64,000 bases of DNA, taken from assembly GCA_002269645.1 (NCBI GenBank), contig NIVC01000517.1:27043-91042 (forward strand), in the 5' to 3' direction. Below, one piece after another: positions 47,882 to 59,448 of this stretch; position 1 is the first letter of the stretch; the number at the start of each line of letters is the position of its first letter. The notes under the pieces were generated by a model. That model was not told the DNA's origin, ran no database searches, and saw only the letters and a program-made list of their open reading frames with translations. Origin of the DNA: Macrostomum lignano (taxonomy: Eukaryota). A program made the translations under genes and the position numbers.

Positions 47882-49697
47882 CTACCAGGCATTGGCATCG
47901 GCGGTGTCATAACCGCCAGCATCAGCCAGCAGCATGCGCCTCGCCAGGATTGCAGCAATGGCCAATGCCAGCCCGATCAAAGCTACTATAGTTGTCCATT
48001 CTTCGCGTAGAATCGAATAGAATCCGCCTACTTGGGGATTGGGGCGATTTGCCGTCTGCGGCTGCTGCTGCTGCTGCGAGGTCTCGGAAGATTCCACCAG
48101 CTGCCTAGCCCGGGCCTCGCTAAAGCCTTTGATTCGGACAAGCCACTCCTGAAACGACATTGGCGGCTGCAGCGGCGCCTGCGGTGGTTGAATTGGCTGC
48201 GGCGTCGGCTCCGAGATATTCGCTGGCACAGAAGCTGCTGAGCGTTGAAGCAGCTCAGAGGCCTCAGAACCCTCTTGCTGCTGCTGCTGCTGATCGTCAG
48301 ATTCTTTCGGCTTCTCCCCGGCAATGGAGATCTCCTTGGCCAGCGAGCGGGCCTCCTCGGTCTCCTTGGCCGATGCGTCTGACAGCGGGTTGAGCAGCGA
48401 CTCAAGGCTGGGCGAGTCCGGCGTCGGGCAGCAGATCGGGCAGCGCCAATCGCGCGATTGACGCGCCAAACGGCGCCGCTCTTCCGGCGGATATTCCAGG
48501 GCGCCGATTGCGCCAAGACCGTGCGTTGGCATGAAGCTGGGGAGAGGCGATTTTTTAGGGTAGTTGAAGGTGATTTTTTAGGGTAGTTGAAGGCGATTTT
48601 TCAGGATAGTTGGGGGCGATTTTTCAGGGTAGTTGGGGGCGATTTTTCAGGGTAGTTGGGGGCGATTTTTCAGGGTAGTTGAAGGAGATGTTTCAGGGTA
48701 GTTGAAGGCGATTTTTTAGGGTAGTTGAAGGCGATTTTTCAGGGTAGTTGGGGGCGATTTTTCAGGGTAGTTGGGGGCGATTTTTCAGGGTAGTTGAAGG
48801 CGATTTTTCAGGGTAGTTAGGGCGATTTTTCAGGGTAGTTGAAGGAGATGTTTCAGGGTAGTTGGGGCGATTTTTCAGGGTAGTTGAAGGCGATTTTTCA
48901 GGGTAGTTGAAGGCGATTTTTCAGGGTAGTTAGGGCGATTTTTCAGGGTAGTTGAAGGAGATGTTTCAGGGTAGTTGGGGCGATTTTTCAGGGTAGTTGA
49001 AGGCGATTTTTCAGGGTAGTTGAAGGCGATTTTTCAGGGTAGTTGAAGGCGATTTTTCAGGGTAGTTGAAGGCGATTTTTCAGGGTAGTTGGGGGCGATT
49101 TTTCAGGGTAGTTGAAGGCGATTTTTCAGGGTAGTTGGGGCGATTTTTCAGGGTAGTTGAAGGAGATGTTTCAGGGTAGTTGGGGCGATTTTTCAGGGTA
49201 GTTGAAGTGCGATTCTTTAGGATAGTTCAGGGCGATTCTTCTGAGTAGTTGAGGGCATTTTTAGAGCTATTTTTTATTCTTATAATCTTACAATTCAGTC
49301 ACTATTAGCCACTCAGAAACAACAGTCCAACCCGTGTCGCTCACCCAACCAAAGCTAACAAAGCCGTACGAATCGACCAGGCCGGCCGCCAAGTCTCCGG
49401 GTGATAGCCCGATATGCTCAGACAGATCTTTTTATTGATCTCAAATCGACCATTAGGCGTTAGCAGGATAATATTTGGCGGCTTCATTGGATAGTCCCCA
49501 GGGATCAGTACACGGCCGTGATAAACGCCGCCTTCAAAGTCGCTGTCAACTGGGCCTCGAATAGTGAAATGCCATTCGAACAGATTGTCCTCCAGCGGCT
49601 GTGCATAGTACAGCTCGGTAGGCGCGGCCAAGTCTTTGGCTTCGCGCATCAGTCGCTTAACGGCTGGAGATTTGAGATCAATATTTTTCATGATCAT
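47882..49697 (-). CDS. UBE2J1: Ubiquitin-conjugating enzyme E2 J1 (tail-anchored ERAD E2), ~335 aa
   Basis: Exon 49697-49345 (LKSPAVKRLMREA..QPLEDNLFEWHFTIRGP..YHGR..KICLSISGYHPETW) and exon 48536-47882 (FMPTHGLGAIGALEYPPEERR.., C-terminal TM IVALIGLALAIAAIL). Phase 2 intron. Confidence 0.96.
48545..49260. repeat. 23-bp minisatellite GAAGGCGATTTTTCAGGGTAGTT filling the UBE2J1 coding intron
   Basis: Runs to within a few nt of the acceptor at 48537. Confidence 0.95.
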
Positions 49698-50029
49698 TAA
49701 TTAGTACGTGAAATTAAATTCAGACTACTTATGTAAGTAGAAATATTCGTAAAAAGAATCCTTACCAGGATTTCGTGAATTGTGCATCCTTTAATGAACG
49801 GAGAGATTAATGGATTTTTTCAGTTTTTGCCAGATGCCAGTAGTTCTAATTATATATTGCATAAAAGATTAACAAACAAACAAGAATTGCCGAGACATTT
49901 TATATCTTTGAATTTTATTTTGAGAAATATTTTAATAATTGATACTAATAATCTTCGACTGAGTGGTTTATCCCTCACTAAATCTCATTACCTCAGTCCC
50001 AAGAATCAGACCACTCATATCTCAGACAT

Positions 50030-50300
50030 TAGAATCTCACCCTAGATATCTGAGACCCTGGAATTTCATCCCTAGATATCTGAGACCCTGGAATTTCACC
50101 CCTAGATATCTGAGCCCCTGGAATTTCACCACTAGATATCTGAGACCCTGGAATTTCACCCCTAGATATCTGAGACCCTGGAATTTCACCCCTAGATATC
50201 TGAGACCCTGGAATTTCACCCCTAGATATCTGAGACCCTAGAAGCTCACCCTAGATATCTGAGAGCCTGGAATCTCACCCCGAGATTTCTCAGACCTAGA
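50030..50300. repeat. 30-bp minisatellite CCTAGATATCTGAGACCCTGGAATTTCACC upstream of UBE2J1 (probable 5' UTR intron)
   Basis: Visible repeat; minus-strand donor CCAG|GTGACT at 50331. Confidence 0.9.
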
Positions 50301-51149
50301 ATCTCTCCCTTAACAGGGTCTTCATAGTCACCTGGTGCCACCTGTTGAAGGTTCAAAAGCTCCGACTGGGTGAAGGCCAGTGACTAAAGAAGTCAGAGCT
50401 GATGCAAACCATGTGGTTTCGTGTTCTACTTTTAATGCGATAGAAGCTCACACCCTAGATATTCCCGACTCCAGAATCTCACCCTAGCTATTTAGCCTCA
50501 TAAATAAATGTTCAAAAAATCAAGACATAAATAAGAATGATGACTCTATTTGAAAAAAACAAGATAAAAGTTTACTTATGTCGGTTGTTCACTGGAAAAT
50601 TGTTCTCCAGAAATGAATGACATTAGTGGTAAAAAAAGCTTTGACAAAGACGATACGAATAAAAACTCCTGTGCACTACTAACAGTAGAAGTTCAAAATT
50701 TTAAGTAAAAAATTGAAGTATGAATAGAATATGGTGGAAACATGGGAAATGAAATGATGGAAACATGCGATTTATGTCATAAGAAAATAAAAAGCATAAA
50801 ATTAGCGAAGTTAGGGGAAGAAAGCAACATAGTTGGACAGTGCATTAATACCCTAGCAACAAATAAAAGCACATGGCAATCGTATAAAGACAACCAAAAC
50901 AGGAGGTGCAAAAACAATAAGCTTGTGATTGCCCACTTCTAGTAAAAGAAAAGCTATAGGCTGATTCAAAGCTACACAAAAACTGCTATGCAATAAGAAT
51001 TACCACAGTAAAATATGCAATAAGCTCGTAATGAAAGGTGCATGAAAAGTGAAATGACACGTGTAAAAGGGGTAAGCGGGAGTGGGCTAGCAAAATATTA
51101 CCGGATGTGAGACCTTAAGTTCAGGAAAAAACAGGAACCAGAAGTAAAG

Positions 51150-51608
51150 CCTGAATCTCCCTAATGACCGGAAATAGAGTCTGAATCTCCCTAATGACCG
51201 GAAATAGAGTCTGAATCTCACTTATGACCGGAAGTAGAGTCTGAATCTCACTAATGACCGGAAGTAGTCTGAATCTCACTAATGACCGGAAGTAGAGCCT
51301 GAATCTCCCTAATGACCGGAAGTAGAGTCTGAATCTCCCCAATGACCGGAAGTAGAGTCTGAATCTCACTTATGACCGGAAGTAGAGCCTGAATCTCCCT
51401 AATGACCCGAAATAGAATCTAAATCTCCCTAATGACCGGAAGTAGAGTCTGAATCTCCCTAATGACCGGAAGTAGAGTCTGAATCTCCCTAATGACCGGA
51501 AGTAGAGTCTGAATCTCCCCAATGACCGGAAGTAGAGTCTGAATCTCCCCAATGACCGGAAGTAGAGTCTGAATCTCCCTAATGACCGGAAGTAGAGCCT
51601 GAATCTTA
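51150..51608. repeat. 30-bp minisatellite GAATCTCCCTAATGACCGGAAGTAGAGTCT downstream of the transporter stop
   Basis: Directly visible. Confidence 0.95.
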
Positions 51609-51689
51609 CTTGAATAACCATAAGTAATTGGTTTGAGCAAATCTTAACTGACTGGATCTTATAGAATCTGAATAACATAAAAAGACATG

Positions 51690-54600
51690 TTAAACCACAT
51701 CATGAACTGAAGCATCTCCCAGCTCATTCAACTCGTCACAATCGGCATCACTATTCCGCGGCTTCATGGGCGTCTTGGTTTCGTCCATATCGGCATCGCC
51801 AACAGACGCGGCATTGTCGGCGTTGTCATCGTTACGAACCAGTAACTGTCTGTCAAAGCTGGCTACAAAAGCAGCCAAAGCTACGGATGTTACGCAAACA
51901 GCTCCGCCAGCTGTCCATAGAGCGGCCTGTTCAAGCGTTCAATCAATTAAATTGTTTATAGAAATGTACATGGGATATTAAATATTTATCATATTCATCT
52001 ATCGGTCATGATTGATAATCACAACTGCGACCAGCTCATCCATCGGTCATGATTGATAATCACACCTGCGACCAGCTCATCCATCGGTCATGATTGATAA
52101 TCACACCTGCGACCAGCTCATCCATCGGTTATGATTGATAATCACACCTGCGACCAGCTCATCCATCGGTTATGATTGATAATCACACCTGCGACCAGCT
52201 CATCCATCGGTCATGATTGATAATTACACCTGCGACCAGCTCATCCATCGGTCATGATTGATAATCACACCTGCGACCAGCTCATCCATCGGTTATGATT
52301 GATAATCACACCTGCGACCAGCTCATCCATCGGTTATGATTGATAATCACACCTGCGACCAGCTCATCCATCGGTCATGATTGATAATCACACCTGCGAC
52401 CAGCTCATCCATCGGTTATGATTGATAATCACACCTGCGGCCAGCTCATCCATCGGTCATGATTGATAATCACACCTATGACCAGCTCATCCATCGGTCA
52501 TGATCCACAATCACACATGTGACCAGCTTATCTAAGGGTCATAACACAAAATGACACCTGTGACCAGCTCATCCATCGGTAATGATCCCCAATCACACCT
52601 GTGACCAGCTGATCTAAGAGTCATAACACATAACAATACCTGTGACCAGCTGATCTAAGGGTCATAACAGATAATGACACCTGCGACCAGCTCATCCATC
52701 GGTCATGATTGATAATCACACCTGCGACCAGCTCATCCATCGGTCATGATTGATAATCACACCTGCGACCAGCTCATCCATCGGTCATGATTGATAATCA
52801 CACCTGCGACCAGCTCATCCATCGGTCATGATTGATAATCACACCTATGACCAGCTCATCCATCGGTCATGATCCACAATCACACATGTGACCAGCTTAT
52901 CTAAGGGTCATAACACAAAATGACACCTGTGACCAGCTCATCCATCGGTAATGATCCCCAATTACACCTGTGACCAGCTCATCCATCGGTAATGATCCCC
53001 AATCACACCTGTGACCAGCTGATCAATGCCCTCACCTGGTAACCAAACCGATCGGCAATCAGTCCAGCTATCGAAGTACCAGCCAACGAGGTTGCCCCGC
53101 CCAATACCGATGCAACGCTAAGAGTCACGTGCAAATTCGATAAACCGGATAATCGTATTAAACAGACGGTGAGCAACGATACAAGGCCGCCATTGGTCAG
53201 GGCGTAGACAACGCAAATTGGTACCAGGCTGGCTAGGCCAACAGCCCAGCCAATCAGGGCGCAGCAGGCGCCAGCCAATAGCATGCACAGACAGAGAAGG
53301 TACAGCGGGTTGGCTCTGTCGCCAGCGAAACCCCAGGCAATTTGACCAAGAGCTGTTAGCAGGCCCATAGCTGACTGCAGACCGGATGCCTGGGGTAGGA
53401 ATAGAAGAGAGCATTGAGCAATCAGGCACTACAAACAGTTTTGAGACTTCAAGCTTGTGTTCGACTTAAAGGAACTGAACTTTAGTGGCGCACCGTCGAC
53501 TGTTTTGGGAGGGGTAGGGGCGATTTCTAACCTACGTTTTGGGGTATTCATCAGCGATGTTTTTATGGCGATTCCTTAGCGATATCTGAGGGTGATTCCT
53601 TGGCGATGTCTGAGGGTGATTTCTTAGAGATTTCTGAGGGCGATTCCTTAGCGATGTCTGAGGGCGATTCCTTAATGAAGTATGAGGGCGATTCCTCAGC
53701 GATGTATGAGGGGGAATCCTTAGCGATGTCTTAGGGCAATTCCTTAATGATGTATGAGGGCGATTCCTCAGCGATGTATGAGGGGGAATCCTTAGCGATG
53801 TCTTAGGGCGATTCCTTAATGATGTATGAGGGCGATTCCTCAGCGATGTATGAGGGGGAATCCTTAGCGATGTCTTAGGGCGATTCCTTAATGATGTATG
53901 AGGGCGATTCCTCAGCGATGTATGAGGGGGAATCCTTAGCGATGTCTTAGGGCAATTCCTTAATGATGTATGAGGGCAATTCCTCAGCGATATTTCGGGG
54001 CGATTTCTTAGAAATGGTTGAGAGCGATTCCTTAGCGATGTCTGAGGGCGATTCCTTACGGACATTTCGGCATAAGAGTTGATAGAGTTAACAACTCTAA
54101 AGAACTGACCTCTGCTGCATTCAATTGACCATAACCAGTGGCGTGAGTGTAAAACAGCGTCCAGGGCAGCATCACCCACATGCTAATGAGACTGTGACAG
54201 GCGCAGAATATCAGCAATCTCGGCCTGACAGCCGCCCGACCTCCGGCAAAGGATTGACAGAAACCGACGCAGAATCCAACTTGTTCCCCGTCGACATTTT
54301 GTTGACTATGCCGACGATTTGCAGACGATTTTTTAACCTTTAAAGATCTTTCGTAGGATAAAAACAGACTAGCACTGACAGCTACATTGAAGCAGAGACC
54401 GGCTACTAACAGCATGGCGCCTCGATAAGTGAATTTTTCCGTGAGAAATGCCAACAGATAAGTTAAACAGAAGATTCCAACGCCGCCACCAGCTGTGGTA
54501 ATACCAGTAAACAATGCTCTGCGCTTATTGTAGTAAGTGGATACAAACATAATACCGGATATGTAGCCGCACTCCAGACCTAAACTAGTAAATACACCGA

Positions 54601-54907
54601 CAGACAGCCAGAGCAGTTCAATCCTAGTAGCATAGTAGCCGGAAGAATATGACACCAGCAGAAGGAATGCACTGACAAATGCTATTCGACTACAGCCGAA
54701 TGTATGCTGCAGATGGCACACGATGGGCGCCAATATCTGCGGTATGCCATATATCAGTCCAGATAAGAATGCCACGTGACTATTAGTCTGATTGAAGTTG
54801 GCTAGGAGCTCGGGATACAACAGGCCAAACGAATAGGTGCAACCGTCAGCAAAGAAGTAGCATAGAAAGCAGCCAAATACACACAAAAGCTTTAAGCGAT
54901 TTTTCAT
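51690..54907 (-). CDS. MFS transporter of the monocarboxylate (SLC16/MCT) type, ~462 aa
   Basis: Exons 54907-54110, 53389-53036 and 51926-51690 (phase 0, GT-AG). Multiple hydrophobic helices; motifs DGCTYSFGLLY, YYNKRRALFTGITTAGGGVG, YRGAMLL, GLIADRFGY are typical of MCT-family MFS. Confidence 0.88.
52000..53025. repeat. 41-bp minisatellite GACCAGCTCATCCATCGGTCATGATTGATAATCACACCTGC filling transporter intron 2
   Basis: Directly visible; a variant block near 52500-52680 recurs near 52870-53020. Confidence 0.95.
53570..54065. repeat. 24-bp minisatellite GAGGGCGATTCCTTAGCGATGTCT with a 3-unit higher-order pattern in transporter intron 1
   Basis: Directly visible. Confidence 0.9.
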
Positions 54908-57340
54908 TGCTTATTTTTTCTTTTTGTCCAAGATGTACTTTTGATATAGATTATAATTAAATTTTTTGGTCTCTGAAGAGCCAATGTCAAGCTAAGGTAA
55001 GCTTGCTTGATGAGTTACATAAAAAGACAATAAGATACTATTTCGATAATATACACACAACCCTTAATGTACTAGTATTACTCAGATCAAAGGATCACAA
55101 CTTAAGCTAGTACACAGTTATTTTGCCTTGAGATGAGTTCTTAGATTTTGAATCTAGATTAGATATAAAACAAAATGATTTTTTTATTCAAATATCTGAT
55201 AGAACTGATTTGAATATTGAATAGTATGAAGTATAAATTTTTACATCAATAATATGCTTACATCACTACTCACCCATCACTTGTCAGTAGTGCTAATTGA
55301 TAGTTGAATGAATCATTCTAGATAATTGTCATTATTCACTATTCACTGCTAGAAGCACATGATATTTAATACCTAGTCCTATTTCATTTAGCAGCCCTCA
55401 ACAAATAGTCTGCATCTTTACTTCCCATCCAATGAAATGCATCCAGACCAAATTCTAACCTTAACCATCCAACTTGTGAGATTCAATGCCACCAAATTCA
55501 TGTTCTATAAACTCACTCTTAATGTTCCAATTTTTCCTAAAGCCTTAAATCTGAGCACAATATGCATAACTGCTTTAAGCATCCCCACCTTTCCTCAAAA
55601 AATGCTATGTGTTATCCCATTCTTGATTCTTTTTCCTCATTTATGAGTCACAAGCCCACAACCCCTAACACTTTTAACTTTTTAAAATCAAACTTTTTAT
55701 TCTTCCTTTCCTTCTAAACCTTCTTAAATTTTAACACAATTTACTGAATTGTTACATCTCAAATCCTTTTATCTTTCCTTAGAGCACAACTATCCCTAAT
55801 TCCTTCCCTTTATGAGCCACAACACCTATATACCATTACTTAACTTATCTTGTTCCATTTCTTTGCCTAATATTAAAATAAGTAATTGGTACTTGGTATT
55901 TAGATTATTCAACTTTCTAATTCTTTACTTTTGAACTAATGATTTAATTTGGTTCCAAACATTCCAAATATTTGTCTTATATCTAATTGTGATGTTTTTA
56001 CTTTCTAGTAGATAATTTTATCTTAAGTACAACTAAAAAATCTTTAAAGTTAAATGGTATACCAAAGTGGTACTCCAAAATGGCTAAACCTTCTTGAGTA
56101 TAGAGTGACAGTAGTGAGTATTCCTATTGCCTAAGGCTACGGTATTTTAATATTCTTATAAATCAATGACTAAAGTATTAAATATAATGCTCTTTTAAAA
56201 TAGAAGCATGAACTTGAAGTTAGAACATATATGCGCAACTTCCAAAATTCAGTCAGCCATGAGACTTAGTTTTAACAAAAAATGTGACAGTTTTTGGCCA
56301 AAAATGCAACTTACATGTAAAAGAAACCCTAAAGCAAAATTAATGCAACTTGGATAAATGGTAGGAGTAACTATGACTGTTTTATTAAGGCAAAATGCCT
56401 CATTATCTACTTAGTACTACTTCAATGTTTTTTGGGTGGGCATTTTTGTGACTTACCTTGATTGGCCGCCAGATTGGTCAGCCAGATTGGCCAACTATTG
56501 TGCATGTAGAAGGTAGAAAATAAGTTATTTTGTTGATGGCCTATGTAATTTATAAAATGGGTTTCTTAGTGCTATTTTAAACAATATTTTTAGGGCCTAT
56601 AATATTTCAATAAGACCTATTATTGAAACAAATGCATCTAAACAAATTTGCATAATTAGCCTTTATAAACCAGGGTGAAATTCATCCTAAATATAATGCA
56701 TTCTATATAGAAAGTAAAAAAATAAAATGTGCACCTGCACAAGATTATATCTATTCTCTTTTTACCATCCTATCTAAAAGGCATAATACACAAAATATTT
56801 TCAGTGTCTGTGCTAATTTTTTATCATTATATCTATCAAATCTATTATTATCAATTTATCAAAAAACCATTGCTATTAGTATTGCTATCAAAAAATTGAA
56901 TAAATATACAATAAGATATTTATTTTGTAATTGGCTACTTGCTTTATTTAGTAGATAAATATCTATATTTTTATATAGGTCAGGCTACAATAAAAGCTAA
57001 AGCCAAAGCCAAAGGGAATATTTTTAATATAGGCCCTAACATAATTCTATTATAGCATCTATCTCCCTATGCCTAACACTTGAAGATCTATATCTAATAC
57101 AAATTATTACCAATAGGAAATGAGTGAAATATATAGACCTAGGTCCTAGACCTAGGCTTATTATCTAATTTAAAGCTGTGGCCATCTTGGTGTGTTTAAC
57201 ATAATTTAATATTTTTAAGATATAGATTTTATAGAGGCTTATCTATATAGCATTATTTGTAAATGTCAAATGAGTTAACAAAATGACTAATCACTAAGGT
57301 CTAAATTTTATTTGCATAGGCCTAAAAAGTCAAAAAATAA

Positions 57341-57996
57341 GGCAGTTGTTATTTGTCCGGTGACCGGACGAATAGCGACATGGTTATTCGTCCGGTTACT
57401 GGACAAATAGCCATTTTACTATTTGTCCGGTTATTTTACCGGACAAATAGCCATTTTGTTATTCGTCCGGTTAAATATATATTACTAGTACTATCTACTT
57501 GTTGTAGGGAATATGCCTGGTTTTTAATGGCTTCTTTACTCATATCTTCTACAATACACCATAAAGCTACTGCCATTAGAGTACTATTGTGGCATCTGCA
57601 TTGATACAGTATGCAATATAGATGAAATATGCATTTACCTTTGAGATAGATATTACTATCTAATCTAAATGCTAGATAAGCATTGAGCAGTTTCAACAAT
57701 CATGCAAAGACAAACGTGCCTGCAAGCTAAATTTTAAGTGAAACTAATTGCGCGTGTAGTCGTACACTAGTATAACAATATATTGATCAAGATATGAGTA
57801 AAGAAGCCGTTAAAAACCAGACATATTCCCTACAACAAGTAGATAGTACTAGTAATATATATTTAACCGGACAAATAACAAAATGGCTATTTGTCCAGTA
57901 AAATAACCGGACGAATAGTGAAATGGCTATTTGTCCGGTAACCGGACGAATAACCATGTCGCTATTTGTCCGGTCACCGGACAAATAACAACTGCC
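57341..57996. mobile_element. Mutator(MULE)-like non-autonomous element (656 bp) with ~205-bp TIRs
   Basis: Ends GGCAGTTGTTATTTGTCCGG / CCGGACAAATAACAACTGCC. 9-bp TSD AAAAAATAA at 57332-57340 and 57997-58005. Confidence 0.8.
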
Positions 57997-59448
57997 AAAA
58001 AATAATTAAAAAAACAGAGCTCAAATTTGTTGATATTAGGCGGCCTATTGATAAATATTGATAAATATAAAATATAGAACTTTGAATATAGTTATAGGTA
58101 TTAAAAGTTAGCTAACAACTTTGGTAAAAAGCTAAGCGTAGGCCTTGGGCAATTGCCACTTAGTATATAGACATAGACACGATAAGTAGTTATTTGACTT
58201 AAATTTTTGCTAGAAAATAAAATTATATTAAAAATGTTGATATGCCTAACAAAATTCTTTGGCTCTAGAAGTCTAGACTAAGGAATAAGTACCAAGTCGA
58301 ACCAAGATAGGTTTATCAGTATCAACTAATAATTAGCTTAGCCTAAGCCAATAACAGTAAACAGTATAAAGTATAAGAATGGTAAATGCAAATAAAAATT
58401 ACGTATTATTATTAGACTCATAGACTGATAGGCCTACCTAGTGGTGCATGCAAACTGCATCTTAAAATGAACAAAAATGAGAGTTGAGCTTTCCTATCTT
58501 TACCCCACAGTTGCATTTGAACCAATTGAGAGCTAGTAAAAAGTGAGGCTGACAGGCGACAGATATATAGGACTGCGCGCGACGCCACGACAAATAAAGT
58601 ATAATTTTAAATTTAGGCAACTCTTCTTTAAGGATTTTAACTAAAGATTTTTATATTAGCATATCAAAAGCATAATTTATGTATTATGGAAACAAGAAGC
58701 GATTAAAATATATTTTTGCCAGACAGTTAGCTTGCAGTATAAATATGAAGTATTCCGGCCATGTTAATGTTATCAAAACACTGCGACCAAGACTGAACGA
58801 TACACAGACGGACAGTAGGACGGACCATTGCAGTTAAGAAGCTAGTTAGAAACGGAAAATTGCAATCCGAAAAGACAAGTCTGGAGCAATGCATCATAGG
58901 TACTATGTTCATATTTACTAGAGATTAATTGCGATGGTGATTGCATTTTTAACTCAATGTGTTGTCTAGAGTAATTATTTCAAATTTATCTTTCAAGTCG
59001 TTTAACAGTAACCCTTAAGATGTATTATTGACATATGAGAGTTTTTCTGTTGCAATGAAATTAACAGCTAATATAACCCCTAAAGAAATGAACCGCGATC
59101 AAAATAAAAAATGACGAGTCAAAGTTTGTAAAGCGTAAATTTAGTTGTCAACTTGTTAAGTAAATTAGTAAAAATAAACATGCACAGATTGCTGTTTTAA
59201 TACGACACACTATAGTTAGAACAATTAAGGGAAGCAAAATACATACAAAAATCCTAAAATAACTAACTGTAGATTTATACTAGTCTTAGATTTTTTATGT
59301 CGAAAGTTAACAAAAACTATTTGAGTAATTTTGGCTAAACTAGAGTACAATTTAAAAATTGAGTTATGACTATTGCAATGGGATAACTATAACTAATGTA
59401 AATGAAAACCGGATTAAAGTCAAACAGTAAATAGCTGAATTATTAAGT

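Noticed and set aside
54950-59400. Additional protein-coding gene in the AT-rich gap
   Set aside because: No convincing exon chain or recognisable motifs; only the MULE-like element and scattered ATTGG boxes near 56460.
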